64,000 nt of DNA from a virus. Its lineage: Duplodnaviria; Heunggongvirae; Uroviricota; Caudoviricetes. Within the stretch, counting starts at the first letter, position 1; each line of letters opens with the position of its first letter. Position numbers and translations under genes: made by a program. The stretch lies in the IMG/VR virus record IMGVR_UViG_3300034157_000063; one strand, 5' to 3'. The notes beneath the pieces are model-generated. The model had not been told where the DNA came from. It was given only the letters and a program-made list of their open reading frames with translations, and ran no database searches. Shown piece by piece: positions 1 to 10,237 of the stretch.

Positions 1-684
1 TTAACAACAGAAGAAACTTCTATTATCAAAGCAAATGCAGACAATGTGCTTGCTCGATTTTATAGTAAGTGGAAATTCGCCTTTTCTAACGATAAAATCT
101 TCTTTGATGAAGCCACAACAGATTTGAACCCTGATTATCATCATGTTCTGAAAACAACAGGCGTTAATGTAAGTACTCTTAAGAAGTTTTCTATTATTGT
201 TTCCGCAAACATTAGGTCTGGAATTTATACTGAACATTATTACAATATCTATATGAGTGTTGATGCTGACAGTATCAACAACTTTAAAACAAAAGACATT
301 GACCCAGAAAAACTCAGAAATGACTTTCAAGCATTTTATCGAAAAGTTATTGGAGATGAATTAAATGAAAATGAAGCGTCTAAATTAATATTTTCTTTTG
401 ATCATAATGCTGTTTTGTTAAGTATTAAGATGACATTTACTCATTACGAAAATCAGGTAGGTCGGCGGGTTGATCAGTGTCTTTATAGAATTGATGATAT
501 TGATAATTTACGCAAACGTAATATGGTTCGTTCTGGCGTTGTTAATTTTTGTAATTTTACATTCCTTTGGGAACATACATTAATTGAAGACATTCTGAAC
601 ACAACTGATTTTTATGAGGCTTATAAAATCTATATTTCAGATATTGAACGTTATCACGATTTAATTCAAATGGAGCGTATTTAA
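1..684 (+). CDS. Hypothetical protein, 5'-truncated by the window; MxxI-tail family; paralog of 686..1387
   Basis: Frame is open from base 1 (LTTEETSIIKAN...). Shares FLWEHTxIEDIL...YxxDIxRYxxLI with the next ORF. Ends LIQMERI. Confidence 0.8.
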   Translation, partial: LTTEETSIIKANADNVLARFYSKWKFAFSNDKIFFDEATTDLNPDYHHVLKTTGVNVSTLKKFSIIVSANIRSGIYTEHYYNIYMSVDADSINNFKTKDIDPEKLRNDFQAFYRKVIGDELNENEASKLIFSFDHNAVLLSIKMTFTHYENQVGRRVDQCLYRIDDIDNLRKRNMVRSGVVNFCNFTFLWEHTLIEDILNTTDFYEAYKIYISDIERYHDLIQMERI

Positions 685-685
685 T

Positions 686-1387
686 ATGACGGACATTAAT
701 AAAACACTTATTGTTAATGATGAAGATATCATAGAGATGTCTTTTGATGTGTTGAGAGGTATATATGCGAAATGGAAAAATGTTTTTAATCAGTCAATTG
801 TAAATGTTAATGACTTTAATAGTGTTATCGAAGATGATCGAGTTCAAATTTTTTTTGCTGATGCACAGCCAATAGCTATCAATGTTTCAGCCACTAAAAC
901 AAGTCTTTTTTATGAAGACCTCAATTATGAAATACTGGCTTGGGTTCGTGAACCATTGGTTAAATTATTTGATACTGATGCACTTAGTATTTATGATCTT
1001 CGTGAAAGATTTTATTTAATGGCTCAAGAGCTGGGTGGTTTTGAATGTGAAAACAAAACACGAGCTAGCAGTGAGTTTTCATTTGATAAGTTTGGTAATT
1101 TAACGAAAGTTAGAGTGATATTTCAAAACCATAAAGATCCTACACTGAGTGATGAGAATTATCAACACCTTTCTGACCATTATATTTATGACATTGATGA
1201 TATAGTTTTTTTGAAAGAAAATGGATTAAATGAACTTTATCAGCCATATTTACGAGACTTCTATTTTTTGTGGGAGCATACACATATTGAAGACATTTTA
1301 ATTGCTGCCGATTTTTTGGCGTCATTTAAGTTGTATGCGGAAGACATTACACGTTATAATTCTTTGATTGCAATGACAAAAATATAA
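686..1387 (+). CDS. Hypothetical protein, MxxI-tail family
   Basis: 233 aa; paralog of upstream ORF; ends LIAMTKI. Confidence 0.85.
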   Translation: MTDINKTLIVNDEDIIEMSFDVLRGIYAKWKNVFNQSIVNVNDFNSVIEDDRVQIFFADAQPIAINVSATKTSLFYEDLNYEILAWVREPLVKLFDTDALSIYDLRERFYLMAQELGGFECENKTRASSEFSFDKFGNLTKVRVIFQNHKDPTLSDENYQHLSDHYIYDIDDIVFLKENGLNELYQPYLRDFYFLWEHTHIEDILIAADFLASFKLYAEDITRYNSLIAMTKI

Positions 1388-1471
1388 ACTAAATGAGCAG
1401 TCCGTCAAAAACAAGTTGATTTTTATGTTATATGTGTATATAATTTGGGAAATTTATATTAAAGGTGAACT

Positions 1472-2233
1472 ATGATTTTAATTGACAAATATGGTGTCCT
1501 ATATGCACAAGATGAACACACAGGAGAAAAATATAGAATTGAAGACAAGGAAGTTTTAAGTTTTTTAAGAAATTGCATTTCTGGTATGACTCATAACTTT
1601 GGTGTAAGAGATTTTATTTCAATGTTTGAAGCCTATCCATCATTGTTGCTTATTGTTCCAGAATTTGAAGAAGTCATCACTCAGGCCAAGGTCTATGATA
1701 ATTTTACGGAGTCTGATGTTGATTGTTTGTGTATGCAGATTGGTTCAGACATCGTTGCTCGTGAAGATGAAGAAAATTCTATCATGTATTTCAACCTTAT
1801 CGGTGTCACTAAGCTGCAGGAAAACTTTTCACTCAATGTGCAAGCGTGCTCATTGTCACTAAAAAACGTTATCAACTCCAAAATTAGAATCATGGATAGC
1901 TTGGCTTTGACATTTGAGATGGGTGATAGCAATTCGTATAAAGGTCATATCCCCTTTAATGTTAAGAACTTTACTTTATTCGATTTCATTGCAGTCGTAG
2001 CGAATAGTCTTGTTCAAAATACTGAGAATGAAGGTGCCGAAGATAGCTTCAATGAAATCAAAGATAAGCTATTTAAAATGCGTAATATTATGTCTCAAAG
2101 ATTGGGCTTGCCAAACTTTGAAAGTGAGCGTAAAGTGGATGAAGAAGATGTAAAAGAAAATACCAATCACATATTGAAGCAAATCGAAGATATGATGAAT
2201 CCGGGGAAAGATAAAGACAAGGGAAAACAATAA
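1472..2233 (+). CDS. Hypothetical protein, first of three tandem paralogs
   Basis: 253 aa; AAAGGTG SD; shares N-terminal KxG and 'F...F..M...YP' blocks with the next two ORFs. Confidence 0.8.
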   Translation: MILIDKYGVLYAQDEHTGEKYRIEDKEVLSFLRNCISGMTHNFGVRDFISMFEAYPSLLLIVPEFEEVITQAKVYDNFTESDVDCLCMQIGSDIVAREDEENSIMYFNLIGVTKLQENFSLNVQACSLSLKNVINSKIRIMDSLALTFEMGDSNSYKGHIPFNVKNFTLFDFIAVVANSLVQNTENEGAEDSFNEIKDKLFKMRNIMSQRLGLPNFESERKVDEEDVKENTNHILKQIEDMMNPGKDKDKGKQ

Positions 2234-2243
2234 GGAGTTTTTT

Positions 2244-2921
2244 ATGTTAAGATTAAGCAAAGAAGGTCATATTTTTACAGTTTCTGAACTCGATGAAAAA
2301 TCGGTTTTACTTGAAAATGAAGATCTCTATAATAGTGTTTTTCAAAATTTTGAAATAGAAGAAGATTTTTCAGTAGTATCGTTCTTTGAAATGATTAAAC
2401 AATATCCATTATTTTTGAAATTTTTTCAACAAGGGGCTTCATACCTTGAAGAATATGAAGCGATTGATAAGTCTGTTGGTCAAGATTGTGATAAAATTGC
2501 CGTTATAACTCCACACTTTATGCTTAAAGATGGCGTCATTAGTCAATTTAACAAAATGGAAATTTATTTTTATAACAATGCTGAGTCATTCTGTGAAGAT
2601 GACCTCAGTTCAATGTATTTGAAAGATTATATCCATTACAGAATTGGTATCAATAGTTTAGCTTTTGTTGACAGTATTGATGAAAATGGTGTCAGTGATT
2701 CGCTTTACTTAGAATACTTCCCAGAAACTCAATTCCACTTGCTTAACTTTGTTCATTTTGTATTTGATACCATTTCACTGCATGGTTTTGTTGAAGAGCG
2801 AAACACTGTTATTGAAGAGATTGAACGTGATGAAAAAGAAATGCAAGAACACCTTGAAATAGAAGCCAACGATTTAACTGCAAAATTTCTTGAACAAATC
2901 AAGTCTGGCGGCAAGTCATGA
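2244..2921 (+). CDS. Hypothetical protein, second tandem paralog
   Basis: 225 aa; AAGGAG SD; EEDFSVVSFFEMIKQYP block. Confidence 0.85.
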   Translation: MLRLSKEGHIFTVSELDEKSVLLENEDLYNSVFQNFEIEEDFSVVSFFEMIKQYPLFLKFFQQGASYLEEYEAIDKSVGQDCDKIAVITPHFMLKDGVISQFNKMEIYFYNNAESFCEDDLSSMYLKDYIHYRIGINSLAFVDSIDENGVSDSLYLEYFPETQFHLLNFVHFVFDTISLHGFVEERNTVIEEIERDEKEMQEHLEIEANDLTAKFLEQIKSGGKS

Positions 2922-3583
2922 TTAAAATAACTAAAAATGGTTACATCCATTTCAAAGATAAATGTATTCCTAATAGTGTTGTGTTAACGATGTTGAGTGA
3001 GCGGTTGGTTCTTGATGAAGATTTTACACTTAATTCATTTTTCAAAATGTTAAACCTTTATCCAAACTTACTGAAACTTGAAACTTGTATGCCTCTTTAT
3101 TTAGATTTTTATAATAAAACTGCAGAGAAAGGGGCTATTGAAGAAATTGACACCACTAAAAAAATTCTTTTTAATAGTTACATTGTAGAAGATGAAGGTT
3201 TGTCGATGGATAAGAAGCATAACCTCACCGTAAAGTTTAAATCAGGTCATCTGTCCAATGTTAATAATCATCAATTATTCGAACTGATTAATCACCCGAT
3301 TAAATTAAACGAAAAAATTGTAAATTTTAGAATGGAAGACAACCCAGACTATGTTGAAAATAAAGCGTATCCTAAAAAAGTCTATGTAAGACAACCACAA
3401 GTTAATAAATCGAAATATCCCTGTGATTTCTTTTCTTTTATTATGTTCTTGTCTGGTTCTTTGTTTAGAGGTATGACACCAGAAAGTAGACGAAACACTG
3501 TTGAAATTACTGAAATGTCTTATACTATGTTAGCCTCAGAAGTGTTTAGAGAAATTAATAAAATAGTTTCAGGCACACCATAA
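2918..3583 (+). CDS. Hypothetical protein, third tandem paralog
   Basis: 221 aa; ATGA overlap with previous gene; DEDFTLNSFFKMLNLYP block. Confidence 0.85.
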   Translation: MIKITKNGYIHFKDKCIPNSVVLTMLSERLVLDEDFTLNSFFKMLNLYPNLLKLETCMPLYLDFYNKTAEKGAIEEIDTTKKILFNSYIVEDEGLSMDKKHNLTVKFKSGHLSNVNNHQLFELINHPIKLNEKIVNFRMEDNPDYVENKAYPKKVYVRQPQVNKSKYPCDFFSFIMFLSGSLFRGMTPESRRNTVEITEMSYTMLASEVFREINKIVSGTP

Positions 3584-3668
3584 AATAAGGTTTGCAAACA
3601 TATCCTAGATTTGATATACTACTCTAAGTGTTGTATTAGAGTAGCAAATCTTTTTTTAGGAGAAAATT

Positions 3669-4199
3669 ATGAAAGATGTTAAGAAGTCGCTTACAGGACA
3701 AGAAAAAGCCAACTTAATTGCTAGTGCGGATAAGGCTCTCTGCGAATCAGTGCAGTCTATGCGTAAAAAACTTATTCAAGAAGGTTTTTTGACATCTTAT
3801 ACACAAGTTCAAGTGCTTGATAAACTTTTGTGGGGTGTTCGTGAAGCTGAAAATAACACGCTCAGTAAGGCTTTGTTGGATAACCTCGTTAAAACAAAAC
3901 AAGTCACACTCATTCAAAATATTGTTGAATTATTCCGTGAAGGCTGGAAGTTGTCTCGTGCTTTCAAGTTTTATACAGGTAGCGGTCCAGTCGCTGAAAT
4001 GAATGCTTGGAAAATTAAACGAATTCTTGAAGTTATTGTAAAAAAGGATCGTTCAGATTTTCCTAAAATGGAAGCAGAAGACAATAAAAAACCAGCTCTC
4101 CCTAAAAAGAAGCCAGTGAATAAGTCTGCCCAACCTGTTGTGAAGAAAGAAACGGCGGTTGTTCCTATCACTATTAAGACACAACCAGTAAAAAAATAA
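3669..4199 (+). CDS. Hypothetical basic protein with K/P-rich C-terminal tail
   Basis: 176 aa; AGGAG SD; own promoter; followed by terminator. Confidence 0.8.
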   Translation: MKDVKKSLTGQEKANLIASADKALCESVQSMRKKLIQEGFLTSYTQVQVLDKLLWGVREAENNTLSKALLDNLVKTKQVTLIQNIVELFREGWKLSRAFKFYTGSGPVAEMNAWKIKRILEVIVKKDRSDFPKMEAEDNKKPALPKKKPVNKSAQPVVKKETAVVPITIKTQPVKK

Positions 4200-4218
4200 G
4201 AAACATTTTTAACACTTT

Positions 4219-4250
4219 AAAAGACAACAAGCCTATTGTTGTCTTTTTTG
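4219..4250 (+). terminator. Intrinsic terminator
   Basis: AAGACAACAA-gccta-TTGTTGTCTT followed by T-tract. Confidence 0.75.
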
Positions 4251-4287
4251 TTTTGTGGTAAAATATTTAGATAAAAGAGGATTAATT

Positions 4288-5049
4288 ATGAGTTATGTTG
4301 TAAATGGTGATTGTTTAGATGTTTTGAAAAAAATGGATTCTTCAAGTGTTGATCTTATTGTTGCAGATCCACCTTATTTTCAGGTTTGTGGTGATTTTGA
4401 CTTTGTTTTTAAAAATCGTAAAGAATACATGGACTGGTGTTTGAATTGGTTGAAAGAAGCAAAAAGAGTGCTTAAAGATACTGGAACATTGATTCTATGG
4501 GGTGGTGTTGGCGAGAAAGAAATGAACATTGCTCGTTTAGCTATTATGGTAGAAGACGAAAACTTGTTCATCCGTAAGAATTGGATTACTCAACGTAATA
4601 GTCGTGGATACGGAACAAAAAGAAACTATATGTCAGCAAGAGAAGACTTTTTGTTTCTTACTAAGACTGAAAATTATACGTTCAATATTCCATATACCAA
4701 TGAAAAATCTAAACGTAAGGACTTGGGTGCTAATGGCAAACCAAGAACTAATGAATTTAAACGAGTGTCAAACGTCTGGAATGATATTACAGAAGCCAGT
4801 CAATCATCTATTGAAAGATGTTGGCACCCTACTGTAAAAGCTCAGGCATTGTGTGATAGATTGATTCAAACCCACTCTAATGAAGGTGATATTGTTTTTA
4901 TACCATTCATGGGTTCTGGTAGTGAAGTGGTGAGTGCTATCAATAATAAAAGAGAATATATTGGTGTTGAACTTGATAAAGAGCATTTTGATAACTCAAT
5001 AGAAAGAATTAAACAACTCACATTAACTGAACATATAGAAATTAAGTAA
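4288..5049 (+). CDS. Site-specific DNA methyltransferase, N6-A/N4-C, beta class
   Basis: GDCL...DPPY catalytic motif IV precedes HPTVK and FIPFMGSGS SAM-binding motif I; start placed at ATG 4288 after GAGG SD. Confidence 0.92.
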   Translation: MSYVVNGDCLDVLKKMDSSSVDLIVADPPYFQVCGDFDFVFKNRKEYMDWCLNWLKEAKRVLKDTGTLILWGGVGEKEMNIARLAIMVEDENLFIRKNWITQRNSRGYGTKRNYMSAREDFLFLTKTENYTFNIPYTNEKSKRKDLGANGKPRTNEFKRVSNVWNDITEASQSSIERCWHPTVKAQALCDRLIQTHSNEGDIVFIPFMGSGSEVVSAINNKREYIGVELDKEHFDNSIERIKQLTLTEHIEIK

Positions 5050-5052
5050 ATT

Positions 5053-5985
5053 ATGATCACTATTAAAGATATAGTAAGACTTGATAACGTTACTTTAACT
5101 AACGACGAAATTGATGTTTTAAAGAAAATATCTTCTAATACAAGTAACACTTGGCAAAGCAACCGAACACCAGAAGAGAAGTTGAAAGACACTCTTTTGG
5201 GTAAGTTTGCTGAAAAAGGTCTTGCCTTACTCTTTAATTATTCTAAAACACATACACCTATGATTTCATTCTATGATGAGTTTAGAATTGATGATTACAA
5301 AAAACATAATGGTGTTGATTTTATTTTTGAAGAACATCGTGAAAATGGTATTATTCTTGCAAAAGATAACACTTCCATTGTAAGAGTTCAAGACTATTTA
5401 AACAAAATTTATGCTTCAAAAAATGGCTATTATTCGTTATCTGATAAAGAGAGAGATAATTTAAGAAGTATTAATGTCTCCATAGGTGAAATAAAGTCTA
5501 CAAGAATAGGTTCACGACATTTGATGACAGATGGTAGTGTTAATTTAACAAAAATTATTTCTGACGACTTTCTGACTTATCCAAAGCATACAAGAAAATC
5601 ATCTACTATCTCTAATAAAAATGATTATATTGAGTATGTTAAAAAGCAAACTCAATTACAGGAACTTGATGAAATTATAAAAGCTGAACAAAGAAATCTA
5701 ACCGATTGGTATTTTCGAGTTTATGTTAAAGAGAAGGATTTTAATTCTTGTGATTTGTATATTGTTGGATGTTTAAGTGGTGTTTATTTTGCGAATAATT
5801 TTGATGTGAAAAAGATGTCAAAGCAAACGAAATCAGAAGAAGCTATTTATTTGTCTGTTCCGATTCGAAAGGGAACTCCAATTAAAGATTTTATAAAAGA
5901 GAACTTGATGTTTTCTGAGAACAGTAACGTAGGTTATCAAAACCTTTCTCAATATGGATTAAAAAAACAAAAAAACCAACAGTGA
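5053..5985 (+). CDS. Putative type II restriction endonuclease (PD-(D/E)XK-like)
   Basis: Starts 3 nt after the MTase; GKFAE helix, GVDF, GEIKS fit E...D...ExK. Confidence 0.55.
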   Translation: MITIKDIVRLDNVTLTNDEIDVLKKISSNTSNTWQSNRTPEEKLKDTLLGKFAEKGLALLFNYSKTHTPMISFYDEFRIDDYKKHNGVDFIFEEHRENGIILAKDNTSIVRVQDYLNKIYASKNGYYSLSDKERDNLRSINVSIGEIKSTRIGSRHLMTDGSVNLTKIISDDFLTYPKHTRKSSTISNKNDYIEYVKKQTQLQELDEIIKAEQRNLTDWYFRVYVKEKDFNSCDLYIVGCLSGVYFANNFDVKKMSKQTKSEEAIYLSVPIRKGTPIKDFIKENLMFSENSNVGYQNLSQYGLKKQKNQQ

Positions 5986-5998
5986 TGTTGGTTTTTTA
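5969..5998. terminator. Bidirectional intrinsic terminator
   Basis: AAAAAACCAACA-gtga-TGTTGGTTTTTT between convergent genes. Confidence 0.8.
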
Positions 5999-6012
5999 TT
6001 GTCTTTGATATT

Positions 6013-6312
6013 TTAAATTAAACCATACAAGACATCAGTAGGATCTAAACTCGCCAGTGTTGCTGCAGTTTGAGCTACATCAAGAGCATCACTCCACCCT
6101 TCAATACTGTCTTTATATGTCGATGTAATACGCAAGAGTAACGCTAAGTGCTCAGCGTTTACTTCTTCTGGCACTAATCCTGATAAATTAAGATTACTTA
6201 CACCATTTAAGAGTAACCATGCAAAAGCACTTTCAGCCGTCTTGGTTAAGTTATCAACTGAAGTGTCTTTATTTGATTTTGAAATGAAATCTGTAATATT
6301 AAATGAACTCAT
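6013..6312 (-). CDS. Hypothetical protein (about 99 aa)
   Basis: ATG 6312 preceded by AGGAG, directly downstream of 6314..7153. Confidence 0.75.
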   Translation of the reverse strand: MSSFNITDFISKSNKDTSVDNLTKTAESAFAWLLLNGVSNLNLSGLVPEEVNAEHLALLLRITSTYKDSIEGWSDALDVAQTAATLASLDPTDVLYGLI

Positions 6313-6313
6313 G

Positions 6314-7153
6314 TTATCTCCTAGGTTGAGCGTAAAGACAGAAAGAAGCATTTCTTCTGTATATTTTGTTAAAGGTTTGGTAGATCTCAGGTGTTAATCG
6401 TCCAACTAATTTCAAATTTAAAGCAAAGTACGCATATTCTAACATCGTTTGTTCTGATAAGTTTGCTGCTGGGTATGGAAACATTTTATAAGGGAACATT
6501 AAATAGGTCTTGTCACCATTCACCACTTTTGGATACATAGAAACAGCCGTCACATTGTTCATGATAAATTTTTCTTCAAGTCCTATCATTTTTATTCGGC
6601 TTTGATCTTTAACATAATCCACAACCTTCTGTGCGGATGGCACTGCTACAATGACCACGTTAGACGCATTATGGAACTGCAAGAAGTCTTGGTAGGCACT
6701 TACATCAGTTATTCTTAATTGCCTCTTAAATGGCACGATAGCGTTCATATCTGTCAATCTTTGCTCTACACCGTTGCAACTGTATGTTGTGTAGGATTGT
6801 TCCACATCAATTTTTGATACATTTTGTTTAAATTGAAAAACAATATCATTATAACTATTTGCTTGTTCTTCTATTTGATTTCTTTCACGCTGGTCAATCA
6901 ACCCTGAATCAAACAGCATGTTCAATGCATCATCTCTGTGATCACTGTTAACGACTGCTGTATGACGAAGCGACTCCCTTACAATCAGTTGCTTGTCTCT
7001 GTCATTTTTTAAAAACTGACCTAACTGTAATGCATAATCTTTGTTGCCTAAATTCTTTTGAGTTTCCATGAGTATGGAAGTTATCTTTTCATTACCAGCA
7101 AAGGCACTGGTTGTTGTAAGTGCTATGCAAATAGATAATAGTAATTTCTTCAT
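6314..7153 (-). CDS. Exported hypothetical protein
   Basis: Sec signal peptide MKKLLLSICIALTTTSAFA. Confidence 0.8.
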   Translation of the reverse strand: MKKLLLSICIALTTTSAFAGNEKITSILMETQKNLGNKDYALQLGQFLKNDRDKQLIVRESLRHTAVVNSDHRDDALNMLFDSGLIDQRERNQIEEQANSYNDIVFQFKQNVSKIDVEQSYTTYSCNGVEQRLTDMNAIVPFKRQLRITDVSAYQDFLQFHNASNVVIVAVPSAQKVVDYVKDQSRIKMIGLEEKFIMNNVTAVSMYPKVVNGDKTYLMFPYKMFPYPAANLSEQTMLEYAYFALNLKLVGRLTPEIYQTFNKIYRRNASFCLYAQPRR

Positions 7154-7272
7154 TATATAGACCTTTTTATGTTTCTATTATTGTAGTTTTTTTACGTTAA
7201 AAGTCAATGTTTACTTTTATTTTTAACCAAAATATGATATAATAGGTGTTCATTATAGGTGGAGAACATTAA

Positions 7273-7827
7273 ATGTCTATTTTTTTAAACGCTTTAAATC
7301 GTCTCAAAAATCCAGTAGAAAAACTGGAATTTTTTAGAAAGGAAGATTATCGAAGACAAGCTATCATTGCTAATTTGAATGCAATGAATGTGATGATTAG
7401 CACTCGTTATTCAATCTATGATAAACATACAAAATCAGATATCAATTATCTTGCTGAAAAATATAAGCTAATGTTTGGTGATTATCGTTCTGCTATGATT
7501 AAAGATTCTAAAAAAGTTGATCTCCCTAATACGCTTATTTCGATCAATAATCGTATGATCAAAGAAGCTGAAAGCTTTTATATTGAAAGCAATATTATTC
7601 TTGAACGTATTAAAAAAGAAATGAGCAATCATGTCAAACATCAATACGGTCAAAAACTACTGGAAAAGATTTATCCTCAGAAGGATGAGTATATGAGATC
7701 CTTTGATACAGTATCAGAAGGTGTTCGTGCTTGGGAATGTTTAGTATCTATTGTCGAAGATGGTACGATTCAGTTGAATGACTTACCAGAATATGGAATT
7801 GATATTGAAGGTATTGTGCTTGACTGA
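7273..7827 (+). CDS. Hypothetical protein
   Basis: 184 aa; GGAG SD; TGATATAAT promoter upstream. Confidence 0.8.
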   Translation: MSIFLNALNRLKNPVEKLEFFRKEDYRRQAIIANLNAMNVMISTRYSIYDKHTKSDINYLAEKYKLMFGDYRSAMIKDSKKVDLPNTLISINNRMIKEAESFYIESNIILERIKKEMSNHVKHQYGQKLLEKIYPQKDEYMRSFDTVSEGVRAWECLVSIVEDGTIQLNDLPEYGIDIEGIVLD

Positions 7828-8430
7828 TTAGATGGATGCCATATCAAATATGCTCATTAGCTTGTCAAATTCTTCTTTATTTAAATTTTTGATATATTCT
7901 TCTGAGCATTCTATTTCTATCTTATTAAATGACGTTAACAAAAGATCATATATATTTTTAAAATGATAAGGTTTTTTGTTGGCATGAAGATAACTATAAC
8001 ATTTATCCTTTTTCAAAAAGTTAAAGACTCCGGTGGCCGGAACGATTGAAAAAGTTATATCTATTATTAACCGTTCTATCCATGTCTTTTTATTGTTTGG
8101 ATTTAAATTGTTATAATGATATATTTGATTTGATTCTTCAGTTTGAAACTTATAGACTTGCTCTTTTAATCGCATAATTTTATACATTTCTAATTTTAAA
8201 TCGCAATCATTTATAAATACCTTATTTAAATCTTCAATATTAAATTTTAGAATCTCTCCCAAGTCGATGACACTGTTATTTTCTATATTTTTAATTTGAG
8301 CATAAATATATTTGATTGAAAAATCATCTGGCTTATATCTTTCTACTAGATCAAGAAAGGCCATGTAGTCAATAGAATACACATCATTTAATTTTTTTAT
8401 TAGTTTTTTGCTTATGTTGTAGTTTGACAT
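7828..8430 (-). CDS. Hypothetical protein, MxxI-tail family
   Basis: 200 aa; GGAGG SD; ends IFDMASI. Confidence 0.8.
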   Translation of the reverse strand: MSNYNISKKLIKKLNDVYSIDYMAFLDLVERYKPDDFSIKYIYAQIKNIENNSVIDLGEILKFNIEDLNKVFINDCDLKLEMYKIMRLKEQVYKFQTEESNQIYHYNNLNPNNKKTWIERLIIDITFSIVPATGVFNFLKKDKCYSYLHANKKPYHFKNIYDLLLTSFNKIEIECSEEYIKNLNKEEFDKLMSIFDMASI

Positions 8431-8480
8431 ACTTAAACCTCCTACAGTATTATTGTAGAAGGTTCAAAAAAGTCAACATA

Positions 8481-9149
8481 TTATCTTCTCATCTGATACA
8501 AATCAGCTAATCGGTATTCAACAGGAGATGGTGCTTTTTTTTCCAACCACTCTTGATTGAGTTTCACACAACGCCCATCAACCGTCATTTCAATAATTTT
8601 ATTGTCAATAGTATATGAATACTTGGCAAAAGTTCCATGTGTTGTTTTAGTATCACCTTTAAATAACATTGGTAGCGTCCATATTTCTTCATAGGTATGA
8701 ATTTTTGTTTCTATTTTCTTAAATTCATCCTTGTAACCAAACTCTTTTGAACGTTCACTGTAAGTATGAGCCGTCAACAGTTTAATATCGCCGTCAATCC
8801 ACTCATTAAGCAAATCATTAGTCTGTAAAAACGAATCCCAGTCTTCTTTGGCTTCATAAGTTCCTGCTTTAATGGCTAACCACGTATGCAGTTGTTCTAC
8901 GGAATACACGTTTTCAGCCGTAAGGATAGTTTCAGACACGTCTAAGACTTCTAATGCTTTGTGAACTGATTTATGTTTTTTTGTTTGAATGACGATTTCT
9001 TCAATAGTAATATTGTGGTCAATATTTTCAAGAGAACGGCTCATTCCATTCATGTAGTCATGAAAGTAAGTAGGGTCACTGGATACTATTGCGAATTTTT
9101 TGTTTGAGAGGTTGCAGAAGGCCACTTTCAATTTGATATTGCTTTTCAT
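8481..9149 (-). CDS. Hypothetical protein with structured 5' UTR
   Basis: 222 aa; AAGGAG SD. Confidence 0.8.
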   Translation of the reverse strand: MKSNIKLKVAFCNLSNKKFAIVSSDPTYFHDYMNGMSRSLENIDHNITIEEIVIQTKKHKSVHKALEVLDVSETILTAENVYSVEQLHTWLAIKAGTYEAKEDWDSFLQTNDLLNEWIDGDIKLLTAHTYSERSKEFGYKDEFKKIETKIHTYEEIWTLPMLFKGDTKTTHGTFAKYSYTIDNKIIEMTVDGRCVKLNQEWLEKKAPSPVEYRLADLYQMRR

Positions 9150-9353
9150 TTTTACACTCCTTTTTATGTGATTGAAGTGCCTCTTTTTATAGACTTGGGG
9201 TTGTCTTATTTATTAGTTATTTTAAATCAATTAAATCTCAATGTCAATCGTTTTTACCATTAAATAAGTTAAAATTTCATAATTATTGACTTTTAACATA
9301 GGGATGGTGTACTAAATTAGATTATAAAACTTATTATATAATGGAGAATAAGA

Positions 9354-9650
9354 ATGATTGACGATGATGATGAAAATAAAAAATGTATGTTTTTGGTATG
9401 GATTGATGAGTTAGATGAAGAATTTGCCTTTAAGTTATTCGATGAGGGTGAAGACAGAGAAAAAGACAGTTACCTAGCAGAAGATTTCATGGGGAACTTT
9501 ATTGAGGTGATTGATGGTAAGATTTATGCTTACGTTCATGATTCTGAACCGTTCCATTTCTTGCTCTTTAAAAATCAAAAAGAATTTCTCAAAAACATTG
9601 AATTATTAACATTTGATGAATATCAAGATATAGTTGATAGCCAAGATTAA
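9354..9650 (+). CDS. Acidic hypothetical protein
   Basis: 98 aa; GGAG SD. Confidence 0.75.
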   Translation: MIDDDDENKKCMFLVWIDELDEEFAFKLFDEGEDREKDSYLAEDFMGNFIEVIDGKIYAYVHDSEPFHFLLFKNQKEFLKNIELLTFDEYQDIVDSQD

Positions 9651-9687
9651 TTTTGGTATAATGACTGTATTAATTAGGAGTTAAATC

Positions 9688-10212
9688 ATGCAAGAAGAAA
9701 AAACTTATTATGGTGATGCTATTGTCTACCTAAGCTTTATTCCAGCTAAGCAGTTAGAATCCATCACAGATAAAACAGTGACTTCTGTGCATTGCTTTCC
9801 AGTGAAAGGTAACGAAATCATGTTTACAACGAATCCACGAGGTATTGATATTATCGGTGGACATGTTGAGAAAGGTGAAACACCAGAAGAAGCTATGAAA
9901 CGTGAAGGCATGGAAGAAGGTTATTTGACCATTAATACCATGAAGCTTATCGGAGCTGTTCGTGTTGACAACAGAGATAACCCGAAAGCTCTTGAATCAG
10001 GTTATCCAGCAGTAGGTTATCAATTGTTTTATGCCGTGACTGACTTCAATACCCATGAATTTAAAGCTGACTTTGAATGCACTAGCCGTATTTATCTTAC
10101 GCAAGATAAAGTCGCTGAAAAACATCATAAATGGTTGAATACTCATACAGAAATTCTCAATGAGATGAATGCTATTTTGAAACCTGTTAGAAAATTGAAA
10201 TCAAAAATGTAA
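9688..10212 (+). CDS. Nudix hydrolase
   Basis: Nudix box GGHVEKGETPEEAMKREGMEEG; basic tail KPVRKLKSKM. Confidence 0.9.
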   Translation: MQEEKTYYGDAIVYLSFIPAKQLESITDKTVTSVHCFPVKGNEIMFTTNPRGIDIIGGHVEKGETPEEAMKREGMEEGYLTINTMKLIGAVRVDNRDNPKALESGYPAVGYQLFYAVTDFNTHEFKADFECTSRIYLTQDKVAEKHHKWLNTHTEILNEMNAILKPVRKLKSKM

Positions 10213-10237
10213 AAAAGCGAACAAAATTAGGCTTCAT

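Noticed and set aside
9150-9215. Calling a preQ1-I riboswitch
   Set aside because: Loop lacks the consensus nucleotides and the downstream gene is not a queuosine gene; kept only as an unassigned structured UTR.
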